A stretch of DNA of 43,338 bases, taken from IMG/VR virus record IMGVR_UViG_3300042868_009434; one strand, 5' to 3'. Every line of letters begins with the position of its first letter. The first letter of the stretch is position 1. This stretch comes from a virus. Lineage: Duplodnaviria; Heunggongvirae; Uroviricota; Caudoviricetes. A program made the position numbers and the translations under genes. Positions 9,248 through 18,786 of this stretch are shown piece after piece. The notes beneath the pieces were generated by a model. It did no database searches, had not been told where the DNA came from, and was given only the letters and a program-made list of their open reading frames with translations.

Positions 9248-10943
9248 CTATTAATGGTTTTATTGGTATATCAACCCCGTTTAAACTTTCGTTATAATTA
9301 CTACCTTCCGGTATTAATCTAAACACTATATCAGTAAAAGGATAATGAGAAGTATTTAAAAATGGATAATCAACACCTCTATCTAAATTATCAAAAAACC
9401 CATAAGTATATAAATCTCTCCATCTAAATTGTTGGTCAGATTCTGAATAGAATGAATATTCCGGTAATTGGTCAATAAATTCAACATTTCCAGTTTCAAT
9501 ATAATCTGAAAATACTTTTAAAGTCATTTTATTATGTGGAGCATAATAAAATCCTTTAGAATTTGTATCCACAAAATCAGAAGTTTGAAAAACAGTTTGA
9601 TTATAATTTATCTTTTGATAATATGGTGAAATAACTCTTTCAAGTTGTTCATAGTCATTCCATTCACAAAAATCACCATATAAAACATCATCTTTAGTTA
9701 AATTTTGATTATAATAAAATGTTTTAGTCGCACCACTAGTTAAAGTGTATGATGATGATGGAACATCTTTACAAGTTGATTCAAAATTATTTAAATCCCA
9801 ATAATCCGTTAAGTCTTTAGTTAAATTAAATTCCCACCCTTCTTTTAAACCAAAACCAAATGATGGTTCATTAAAATAACCCGAATATCCTTTATTAATA
9901 ATTGTCAAATATAATTCACTCAAAGGTCGTTTTTGATTGTCTTTATATCCCGCAAAATTTAAATCATAGGCAGATGTTATATTGTAAGAATTACTACTAG
10001 TTTTTTGAGATATCCTTGAAATTTGATTTGGAGTTATTGAACTATATTCAAATTGTTTCTTCTCATTAAATACATTTTTTTCAAAACCATTTTTAGTTAT
10101 AATCAAATCTTCAAGATTAGTTATTACTTTATGTTTTCGTACATAATACTTTGATTTTGTTTCAACCAAATTATCAGGGTTAATTACTCTTTTGAAAAAT
10201 CCGTATACATTATCCGCAAAAGTATTTCCTGTATAACCAATATTAAATACATTGAACACATAAGGGTCGCTATCAAACAACCCATTACCTAAGGAATATA
10301 CTTGAAATATGTTTGAGTTTCGATATGTTAATGATAATTCAACATATTCATCTACAGATAACCCATGGGGTGCAATACATTTAAATGATACTAACCCATT
10401 ACCATTAATTTCTATATTTTCAATAATAAAAGGAATACCTTCTTGAGCCTGCCAATCAAAATCAGGTACTTGGTTATTTTCAGGTGTATAATATGATAAT
10501 TTTTTAGTATAATCGTTTTCAAATGGATATGTTAAATAATACATCCAATTGTAAGTGTAAGCGCTTTTTGACTTATAAGGAAATTGTTGGTTATCAACAA
10601 TTGGTCTAAAAAAATCAAACTCGTAATATTGAGGAAACCCTTTCCAAATCCCACTAACCGTTGAGTTTTCAGCGTCAACATAATATAAGTTATATTGGAA
10701 TGGTAAATAAGTAGTACTACCAATATAAGTGTTATCATATACATAATTCACTTTAAATGTTGGTCTAAAAACCGTACACGCCTGTCTCTCATCATCATAA
10801 ACCTGAGCCAAACTAATCGTCACACTTCTATCGTATTCCGTAATTTGTTGACTTTGTTGATTTAAGGATATAGTTACTCTTTCATCAACTGATGGTGCTC
10901 CTTTATATTTTAATCCACTAGGTATTATTGTGAAATTATTCAT
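9234..10943 (-). CDS. Hypothetical baseplate/tail protein
   Basis: 569 aa. CIAPHGLSVDEYVEL resembles the HGLxxGDxV beta-barrel motif seen in phage tail proteins. Overlaps both neighbours. Confidence 0.6.
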   Translation of the reverse strand: MNNFTIIPSGLKYKGAPSVDERVTISLNQQSQQITEYDRSVTISLAQVYDDERQACTVFRPTFKVNYVYDNTYIGSTTYLPFQYNLYYVDAENSTVSGIWKGFPQYYEFDFFRPIVDNQQFPYKSKSAYTYNWMYYLTYPFENDYTKKLSYYTPENNQVPDFDWQAQEGIPFIIENIEINGNGLVSFKCIAPHGLSVDEYVELSLTYRNSNIFQVYSLGNGLFDSDPYVFNVFNIGYTGNTFADNVYGFFKRVINPDNLVETKSKYYVRKHKVITNLEDLIITKNGFEKNVFNEKKQFEYSSITPNQISRISQKTSSNSYNITSAYDLNFAGYKDNQKRPLSELYLTIINKGYSGYFNEPSFGFGLKEGWEFNLTKDLTDYWDLNNFESTCKDVPSSSYTLTSGATKTFYYNQNLTKDDVLYGDFCEWNDYEQLERVISPYYQKINYNQTVFQTSDFVDTNSKGFYYAPHNKMTLKVFSDYIETGNVEFIDQLPEYSFYSESDQQFRWRDLYTYGFFDNLDRGVDYPFLNTSHYPFTDIVFRLIPEGSNYNESLNGVDIPIKPLIDDCE

Positions 10944-13900
10944 CTATCGAATATTTTTCTTTAAATTTATCTAAAGCAGTTTCCCCTTTAATTACTCCAA
11001 AATAAAAATGGTTTGGAGCCCCTACTAAAATTTTTGTTTCATAATTTCCACCATTCAAACTATAATTAAAGTTGCCATAACTTGTTCCTGACACATTAAA
11101 AATATACCCTCTAGCAAATGTATCACTAACAGGATAACTAGATGGTATCATATAACTTGGTGTTATAATATCTCTTCTATCAAGAGACTGATAATTTCTA
11201 GAAAAAATACCTCCTCCTGTAGTATTATTTGTCAACCAAGAATTTTTTTCACTACCAAAAGCACCTGCGATATCGTTTTGTGGATTTGGTACAATTTCCC
11301 ATTGGTAAAATGGTACTTCTTGAGATTTAATTCCGTATTTATAAGTAAGTGCGTTAGCATTATTTGAAGGTCTAAAATCAATAACCCCGGGAGTTAAAAA
11401 ATCTTTATTTTGTAAGTCTTGAGTTGTTGAAGAAAAGAAAATTGCCATTGTAGGTTGTGTAGTATTTCCATTAAACCCAACAATTCTTACCGGGTCTGAA
11501 GCCGAATCAGTTGCCTGATAAAATTCAGGTGAGAATGGAATAACACCAAATTCAGAATTTATTGACATTGCCTGTGCTAAATCACCATCAATTCTTCTTG
11601 AACTACCATTTCTTGAGAATAATTGTTGTAATGAGTTATCCCCAAACGCCAATATTTGTTCTAAAAACCCTTCATCTGTTATCCTACTTATAACAAATAA
11701 ATTTACCAAATCAGAGGTGTCTGAATAACTTGTTGGATTTAAACTCTTCATTATATATCCCTTAGCCGATGGGTCAAATAATATTTCTTGGTAGAAATCA
11801 TCTTTTATACCTAAATTAATAATGGTTGAAGGGAATAAAAGATTTCTTTTATTGACCGGAGCACTTAATCCATTTATCGGCCTTCCAACAAATCGACCAG
11901 TACCCGTAGTAGTATTTGTAATGTTATAAGGAGAACTTCTGTAATAGAAATTATTACTACTTTTGTCAAAATAAACTACTTCACTAGCAAAAATAGGGTC
12001 AGATGGTTGATTATTTCTATTGTAATAAATATCAACTTGTATTGGGAACATGTATAAACTACCATTAACCCAATTATTCATGAATGATTGAGATAATACT
12101 CCTCTACACAGACCATAAAAAAATCTAAACCTAAATCCCCATTCAGCGAATGTTTTTAAATCTTTTGATAAATCAAACAACGGGTTGTTCATCATAATAT
12201 AACAACCATTTTCAACAGTATCTCCCTCTTGACAACCAGGTTTAACACCAAAAGTATTTCCAATACCATCACCTTTTGTATTAAAATCTGAAACATAACA
12301 ACCCAATCCTACCATATTTTCACAATCACCTAATGTGGTGAGAGCGTTATTTGCACCGGGTAAACCCCCAATGTCAGGTGAAACCATATCAGACCCTAAT
12401 TCAATAGTTGGATTATTAAAAGATAATCCCCCTCCACCAACATCATACACAGCAAAACCTAAATTTTGTTGTAATAAACTAACACTACCATTTAAATTCT
12501 CATCATTATCAATATAATCTGAAGATGGTAGTCTATCAGTTCTCATAACAATCAAATTAGAGTTACTCATATTAACTTCATTTGCACCTGAAAATTGTGG
12601 ATATAATATTGGGCTAAAATATGCCGAGTTACCTAACGGATATGGGGAATCCAATCCCCTAAAACCTGATTGACAACCTGTTTGTAAATCACCAGGTTGG
12701 TTAGTACACACAAATCTAGTCGCATAAAATTTACCAACAGTTAAAATTGCTGCACCTGATAAATCTTCGGAATTATCATATAAATTATCCGCAGGTGATT
12801 GTGAATAACATCTATTTGTTGTTTTACTAGCAACACCGGTAAAACCATTCGACGGAATAGGGTCAACATAATTACTAGATGAAAGAAATGGAAGTGTATA
12901 AATCGAGTAAACTTTAGATAAATCTCTATCCAAAGCCCCGTAATACCCAACATTTGGAGTTGTATAAGCACTATAACTACTACTGTTAGGTTTATAGAAA
13001 TAAGATGAATATGTTATATTTTGTTGGTTATTATGTTTTTGAACTGAAATACCATTACCGCTCGGTAAATTCTGTATTGGTATATTCATCCTTGTCATTG
13101 CGGTAAAAGTTACAGCATCTTCAGTTGGGTGTCCTAAAATTCTTCCTATACCATATTTATTTATCATTAAAGGTGAGTATGGGTCAACACCTCTTTGTAA
13201 TATTAAAATTTTCTGGCTACTATAATCTGTAAAATTAGATGTTGGTAATGAGAAAATTGCATTTGGGAAGTTGTCTGCCGAAACAAAAGACGCGTTAGGT
13301 ACACCAAGGTAATCGTAATTTGGGTACCGTAAAGGTAACCAACCTGAATCACTATCACCATTTGCGAACCCAATACTAAATAATCTATTCGGAGCGTTTA
13401 ATGTTTTCCAAAAACTTGGACCACTATTATTATAATTTGGAATTGAATATTGAGGTTGTCCGTTTACTATCGTTTGATTTATAGTAATAGCTGTTAAAAC
13501 TTGGTAATATTCAATATCAGAAGGATAAATATACCTTTGACAACCTTCACCAATAGAAGTAATTTCATAATCTGCAGTACCACCTGATTGAGACAAATCA
13601 ATACAATTAGAATTTGTAATACCTGTGATAATAGGATTATCCGGAGTTATAGTTTCGGCAGTAAATGAAAGCACAACTTTATCTCCAGCACAAGTTCTAT
13701 ATGAAACAGTTCCCGGTTCTTTCACTTCTATGGTCATACTTGTAACACACTCAGAAGGGAAAGCCGGAATATCATATAATACCGGAGATTGAGCTCCAGC
13801 ATAACTTACACTAGCAGTAAATGCACTTGTTGTGATAATACCATTAATACCATTTACCGCATATCCCGCTTGAGTTGTCCCTGTTAATATATAATTTTTA

Positions 13901-16281
13901 TCCTTACTTTTGTTAGTATTAACAAACGATAATAAAGTACCTGGTTCTATATCTTGTGTTGATAACACAGTTAACGTGTTATCAAAATGATGTTTATTCC
14001 CGTTTGTTGGAGTTGAAAAAGTAACTTTGATTTTATTTACGTTGTCAAAGAATTTTTTTCGAGTGTTATAAACATTAACTCTTTCACCAGGTGGTAAAGT
14101 AATTCCTTGGTATAAACTCTGAGCTTCATTAGGAAATGTATACAGATTAGACGTTAGTGTTTTAAATTTTAAAGGATTTTCATTTTTACCTGCTTGTCCT
14201 GCAAGCGCAACCCCTTCCCCTATTGATTCTAATTGAAAATATAATTCGAAATTATCATCCGTAGCGGGTATCCCGGGCCAAGACCTATTGATACTTAGGT
14301 TGTTTTGAGTAAGAGTCTCGTTATATTGATTTCCATCAGATACTTGCGAAATTAACCCTGCAGAAGGAGGACTACCATTTTCAGTATCCGGATTTGGTTT
14401 TGTTGTTTCAGACACACATTCACAAGTTTGACATTCAGGATAGGTAATCATTGGTAACTTCATTCTACCAAATTTATATGAAACAATCTGTTTAAATTTA
14501 AGTGCCAAAAATAACGCTATTGCCGTCCATAATAACCCTTTTAAAACAAATGGCGCGATAAGTAACAACAATCCAAATGAAAATCCTGTAGCCCCTGCTG
14601 CCGCGGCATATGCTGCAGAAAACTCATAAACGGCATTAAGACCAAATTGAATAATAAAATAAGCTAAAATTGGTACTGCAAAATTATTCCATAAAAAAGC
14701 AATAAAATGATAAACAATTAACAAGGGTATTCCTATTAATTGAATAATTTGAAGTATTAAAGAAAAAATAAAAAAGAATAAATCGAAATTTCTGAACCCG
14801 TCATTTACCGGAAATTTATTTACCGTATCTTCACATTCTTGTGAATCAATCTCTTTAATACCAATAAATCTCCCTTTACCACCATTTTTAAATTGGTCTA
14901 TAAAATTTGAAACAGTGTAAACCCTATTAAATTGAAACTGATAAAATGTGTCTTCACAATTAATTTTAGAATCTAATATATTATTTCTTAAGGTTACTTG
15001 AGGTCCACTATTCCCCACAAATCCTTTTGTATATCCACTCCAAGCTAACCCAAAGTAATAAGACCCTTCTTGTCTATCAGGATTAGTTACCGTACTAGCT
15101 CCCCACCCATATTCTTTAACATTTGGAATTAAATAATGAGGTCTTCTTGTCTGTTCTGAAACCGCACCTGATTGTGACCATTTTACTTTAAAACGATATC
15201 TCCCTTTTGTCGGAATTCCTACAGTCGGGTCGTTTGATAAAACTTTCTCCCCAAATTCATTAGTAATAAAATAATCTAAATTCATTGGTAATTCAGTCAT
15301 CCACACACCATTACCATCAATAATATTTCCTGATTGTTCTAATTGAAATTGTTCTAATATTGGATTACCATCACTATCTTCTTGTATGGTTTGTCTAATT
15401 GCCAAAATTTGACCTGGTCCCGTAGTTAAGCTACATAAATTACCCATGTCATCTCTTGGTCTTGCATTTTTTCTTAATCTGAATGAATCCGATGTTGAAT
15501 AAATTGAACCCATAAAAACCGATGTTGGTTGAATATCAATGTTTGCATCATCTCTAAGGTCAAAATCCATTCGGTTCACGGCAATTTGACATATATCAGG
15601 GTCACCCCATAATGGACTAACGTCTAATTGTTTTGTTAATGAAACTATTTGAGGTAAAGAACTTAAGTCAGTTGAAGTTTTAAATCTGTTACCGGCAACT
15701 TGTCCTTCTGTGGCCAACCCCATTCTAATTAAATCTTGAGGAGTTAATGAGAATTCACCAATATCGGATAAATCAACATCCATTACTAATGTTTGAGACC
15801 CTAATGGAACACCCATAATCATATAATCACCACTCTCATTTGTTTTAGTGGCGTATTTGAAATATGTGTCGTATATTTCAACGGCAGTTGAACCAGTTAA
15901 ACTATCTTCTCTTGTTGGTAAAGTTCCTGTTGCGGCATGAGCGGAATAAGATTTTTCGTAAGGTAATAAATTGTAACGATAACCATCCTCATTCTTATCT
16001 GTTGGTGATTTGTAAGGATATATACTTGAAATTAATGGATTAGATTCATCTACCGCGCTAATTGGTATAAAAACTGAAACTCGAGCATTTGGAATACCAA
16101 ATCCATTATTAGCAGTAACCCTACCAACAATTACACCATACTCAGCACAACTTCTTGTGTAAACATCAGCTTGTTGTATTTTTAATGATAATATTTCTAA
16201 AAACTCAAAATCTTGCTCCAACTCAACGTTAATAGTTTTGTTGACACCTAATTCGGTTTTAATTCTATAAGACTGACCCAT
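10936..16281 (-). CDS. Giant baseplate-associated protein: N-terminal carboxypeptidase-regulatory-like domain, central multi-pass hydrophobic block, Cys motifs
   Basis: 1781 aa. GVIVGRVTANNGFGIPNARVSVF...TNESGDYMIMGVPLGSQTL near the N-terminus. Hydrophobic run at about aa 497-595, followed by YPECQTCEC. Confidence 0.65.
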   Translation of the reverse strand: MGQSYRIKTELGVNKTINVELEQDFEFLEILSLKIQQADVYTRSCAEYGVIVGRVTANNGFGIPNARVSVFIPISAVDESNPLISSIYPYKSPTDKNEDGYRYNLLPYEKSYSAHAATGTLPTREDSLTGSTAVEIYDTYFKYATKTNESGDYMIMGVPLGSQTLVMDVDLSDIGEFSLTPQDLIRMGLATEGQVAGNRFKTSTDLSSLPQIVSLTKQLDVSPLWGDPDICQIAVNRMDFDLRDDANIDIQPTSVFMGSIYSTSDSFRLRKNARPRDDMGNLCSLTTGPGQILAIRQTIQEDSDGNPILEQFQLEQSGNIIDGNGVWMTELPMNLDYFITNEFGEKVLSNDPTVGIPTKGRYRFKVKWSQSGAVSEQTRRPHYLIPNVKEYGWGASTVTNPDRQEGSYYFGLAWSGYTKGFVGNSGPQVTLRNNILDSKINCEDTFYQFQFNRVYTVSNFIDQFKNGGKGRFIGIKEIDSQECEDTVNKFPVNDGFRNFDLFFFIFSLILQIIQLIGIPLLIVYHFIAFLWNNFAVPILAYFIIQFGLNAVYEFSAAYAAAAGATGFSFGLLLLIAPFVLKGLLWTAIALFLALKFKQIVSYKFGRMKLPMITYPECQTCECVSETTKPNPDTENGSPPSAGLISQVSDGNQYNETLTQNNLSINRSWPGIPATDDNFELYFQLESIGEGVALAGQAGKNENPLKFKTLTSNLYTFPNEAQSLYQGITLPPGERVNVYNTRKKFFDNVNKIKVTFSTPTNGNKHHFDNTLTVLSTQDIEPGTLLSFVNTNKSKDKNYILTGTTQAGYAVNGINGIITTSAFTASVSYAGAQSPVLYDIPAFPSECVTSMTIEVKEPGTVSYRTCAGDKVVLSFTAETITPDNPIITGITNSNCIDLSQSGGTADYEITSIGEGCQRYIYPSDIEYYQVLTAITINQTIVNGQPQYSIPNYNNSGPSFWKTLNAPNRLFSIGFANGDSDSGWLPLRYPNYDYLGVPNASFVSADNFPNAIFSLPTSNFTDYSSQKILILQRGVDPYSPLMINKYGIGRILGHPTEDAVTFTAMTRMNIPIQNLPSGNGISVQKHNNQQNITYSSYFYKPNSSSYSAYTTPNVGYYGALDRDLSKVYSIYTLPFLSSSNYVDPIPSNGFTGVASKTTNRCYSQSPADNLYDNSEDLSGAAILTVGKFYATRFVCTNQPGDLQTGCQSGFRGLDSPYPLGNSAYFSPILYPQFSGANEVNMSNSNLIVMRTDRLPSSDYIDNDENLNGSVSLLQQNLGFAVYDVGGGGLSFNNPTIELGSDMVSPDIGGLPGANNALTTLGDCENMVGLGCYVSDFNTKGDGIGNTFGVKPGCQEGDTVENGCYIMMNNPLFDLSKDLKTFAEWGFRFRFFYGLCRGVLSQSFMNNWVNGSLYMFPIQVDIYYNRNNQPSDPIFASEVVYFDKSSNNFYYRSSPYNITNTTTGTGRFVGRPINGLSAPVNKRNLLFPSTIINLGIKDDFYQEILFDPSAKGYIMKSLNPTSYSDTSDLVNLFVISRITDEGFLEQILAFGDNSLQQLFSRNGSSRRIDGDLAQAMSINSEFGVIPFSPEFYQATDSASDPVRIVGFNGNTTQPTMAIFFSSTTQDLQNKDFLTPGVIDFRPSNNANALTYKYGIKSQEVPFYQWEIVPNPQNDIAGAFGSEKNSWLTNNTTGGGIFSRNYQSLDRRDIITPSYMIPSSYPVSDTFARGYIFNVSGTSYGNFNYSLNGGNYETKILVGAPNHFYFGVIKGETALDKFKEKYSIDE

Positions 16282-16296
16282 GCAATTCTTTTAATT

Positions 16297-16304
16297 AATA
16301 AATA
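16297..16304 (-). promoter_or_regulatory. Putative late-promoter motif TATTTATT
   Basis: 16 nt upstream of ATG 16281. Confidence 0.55.
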
Positions 16305-16376
16305 GTTTATGTGTTATTTTTAAAATTCACACACCTTACTTTTAATTATAAGATAGTTGGGTGATAAATAAACCTG

Positions 16377-18215
16377 TTATGAAAAGGTAACTGATTGGAA
16401 ATTTTTAACTGAAACCCTAATGTCTTTATTAGGATATCTAATTTGATATACTTGAGATGGTTGAGCAAAAATTGTATCATCAACCGGAGCAATTTCTTTT
16501 GTTTCCAAATTACTATATTCCATAGATGTTTCGGAAGAAGAATATTGTCCACCAACATTATTATAAACATTTAATCCAGCAACAGTTAAAACTCCATTTT
16601 GATTTTGAACAATACTTCTTATTTCAGATAAATAAACATTTTGACCTAACTCCCTTGTTTGTGGATTAAGATAAGTCGAAATTCTATCAACCACATCAGA
16701 AATAACTTGTCCTGAATTTTGAGCAGAATCTAACACAATTTGAACGTCAATACTTAAGTCAATAACATCAGCTGTTAAAATTGAAATATAATCGTTCATC
16801 ATTCTATAATTGGATAGGTAATTTGCAACATTTTGTCTTAAAGTGTCAGACACAATACTTGTTAATTTACCAGAAGTATCATACGATAATAATTGAATTA
16901 ATATCTTATTATTATTCTCAGTTATGGATACTTTTGCAGGTGCACCAAACTCTGATGGCATATTTCTAATAATTGATTCGTAATCTTGTACCGTTACCGC
17001 TCTTTTTTGAGCTGAGAAATTAAATGAAACGTAATTTCTAATCTCCTCTAATGAAGGAGTCCCTGCACCACCAATCGCGGCAGTAACGTTATTACATCTT
17101 AGTGAATTAACAACAGATGAATTAGTTGACTCAGATGGTCCGTTTACAAAGAAATTAACAGTACCAACTTGATTAATCACATTTGTTCCTAAATTTGTCG
17201 CTAAACCACCACCAACTCGATACTGAACAAATAATGTGGAATTAGGTTTTAAAGCTGACCCCAATGAAAAGTTGTTTGAATATCTTTGTAAGTCAATTGT
17301 CGCTCCAACTGTTGTAAATTGGTCTAATGCGTCTTGGGCGGTATTTGTTCCACCACCAAAAGTCATCTTTTTAAATCCTTCGGAGGTATATTCACTTATA
17401 AATCTATCTTGTGTTTGAATGTATCTACCAACTTTAATACCCGGTTGGTCTGAAACTTTAGTTGGGTCTTCAATAAAAACTCTGTCTTCCGCCAACGAAT
17501 CAACTTCATACCATTTATTTTCAACACCTAAAAATTCCGCAGTCGAAGGAATATTAGTGTATTCAGTCCCACTCTTAAGTAATACACTTGTAATACCTAA
17601 TACATTTTTTTCAGGTAAAAATAATTCAAAGAATGGTTTTACGTCATTAGGAGTAATCACTCTTTTAAACACTTTAGTAATACCATTAACAACCAATTCT
17701 CGTTTAGTAATGGTATAATTAATTAAAACGTTATTAGCATTAAAATTTGGTATTTTTAATCTATTTGGAAATCCTTGAGCATTATATGGTGATGTAAAAT
17801 CAATATCATATATGTTTTCAAAAACAATACCCGCTCCAACAACTTGAGACCCTCTTGTTAATGTACCTAAGTATCTTTCATCTTCTTTATCCCCAAAAGC
17901 AGGAACCGTAATTGAAAAATCTACCAAAGAAACAGATGGTCTCTGACCCGGTAATTTTAATCCATAAGTTCTTGCAATGTTATAAATTGAAGACCTTTGT
18001 TGAGCATATTGTAGAACCGTTTCTTGAATACTTCTATCAATATGATAATGTAAATTATCTGCAACCGCAGCATTCAAATCTAAGAATACCGAGAATACCG
18101 AAGCATCATTGAAATCCTGTATTAATTCAGGGTAATAAGTTCTTACATAGTTTAATAATTCAGTTCTTATTCCTTGATAATCTCTTGTAGTATATGATAT
18201 ATTACGATTTGCCAT
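16377..18215 (-). CDS. Baseplate wedge protein, T4 gp6 / baseplate J-like
   Basis: 612 aa. ISYTTRDYQGIRTELLNYVRTYYP..QDFNDAS, AQQRSSIYNIARTYG, YRVGGG, GGAGTPSLEEIR, AQKRAVTVQDYE are characteristic gp6-family motifs. Directly follows the gp25-like gene. Confidence 0.9.
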   Translation of the reverse strand: MANRNISYTTRDYQGIRTELLNYVRTYYPELIQDFNDASVFSVFLDLNAAVADNLHYHIDRSIQETVLQYAQQRSSIYNIARTYGLKLPGQRPSVSLVDFSITVPAFGDKEDERYLGTLTRGSQVVGAGIVFENIYDIDFTSPYNAQGFPNRLKIPNFNANNVLINYTITKRELVVNGITKVFKRVITPNDVKPFFELFLPEKNVLGITSVLLKSGTEYTNIPSTAEFLGVENKWYEVDSLAEDRVFIEDPTKVSDQPGIKVGRYIQTQDRFISEYTSEGFKKMTFGGGTNTAQDALDQFTTVGATIDLQRYSNNFSLGSALKPNSTLFVQYRVGGGLATNLGTNVINQVGTVNFFVNGPSESTNSSVVNSLRCNNVTAAIGGAGTPSLEEIRNYVSFNFSAQKRAVTVQDYESIIRNMPSEFGAPAKVSITENNNKILIQLLSYDTSGKLTSIVSDTLRQNVANYLSNYRMMNDYISILTADVIDLSIDVQIVLDSAQNSGQVISDVVDRISTYLNPQTRELGQNVYLSEIRSIVQNQNGVLTVAGLNVYNNVGGQYSSSETSMEYSNLETKEIAPVDDTIFAQPSQVYQIRYPNKDIRVSVKNFQSVTFS

Positions 18216-18221
18216 ATGATA

Positions 18222-18692
18222 TTAAATATTAATGATAACGAAATCACTCGGTCCAAAAGTTGAATTGTTTGTCGAGTAATCTATTTTTATTTTTGCAGTA
18301 TACTCTGAAGTCCCTTTACCAGGAAATCTATAAATTGACGATTCACTTGTTCCTATTGTTGCCATCCCTGTTGCTAAATCAACTTCTTCTTGAGGGTCAG
18401 CAGGACTTATTGTAATTTGATTTAATAATAAATTTGGCATAAAAGTACCTACAGCATCTCGAATATCAGATTCAATAGCATCAAATGTTAATCCGTCAAA
18501 TGGTTCAAACAAAAACTCATAAAGTCTTGTACCAAATGTCGGTAAATAATATCGAGAACCTTTTCGAGTTAAAAGTAAGTGAATTAAGTCCGCTTTAATT
18601 TCCTGAGATTCATATTCCGTAAGTTGTAAATAGTCACCCTTTACTGAATCCCTAAAAGGAAAATTAAGTCCATATGTTGTTCCGTCTGCCAT
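18222..18692 (-). CDS. Baseplate wedge / sheath initiator, T4 gp25-like (GPW_gp25)
   Basis: 156 aa. IKADLIHLLLTRKGSRYYLPTFGTRLYEFLFEP is the gp25 family signature. Confidence 0.9.
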   Translation of the reverse strand: MADGTTYGLNFPFRDSVKGDYLQLTEYESQEIKADLIHLLLTRKGSRYYLPTFGTRLYEFLFEPFDGLTFDAIESDIRDAVGTFMPNLLLNQITISPADPQEEVDLATGMATIGTSESSIYRFPGKGTSEYTAKIKIDYSTNNSTFGPSDFVIINI

Positions 18693-18722
18693 ATCTATAA
18701 TTATAGTGTTATGATTATTTCT

Positions 18723-18730
18723 TATAAATA
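18723..18730 (-). promoter_or_regulatory. Putative late-promoter motif TATTTATA
   Basis: Directly after the nrdA terminator, 31 nt upstream of the gp25-like ATG. Confidence 0.6.
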
Positions 18731-18734
18731 CCTA

Positions 18735-18764
18735 AAAATAAAAAATCCCGACATTGCCGGGATT
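18735..18764 (-). terminator. Intrinsic terminator after nrdA
   Basis: Minus strand AATCCCGGC-AAT-GTCGGGATT hairpin (one G.U pair) followed by TTTTATTTTT. Confidence 0.8.
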
Positions 18765-18786
18765 AATATAATTATCGGTAATTTTA

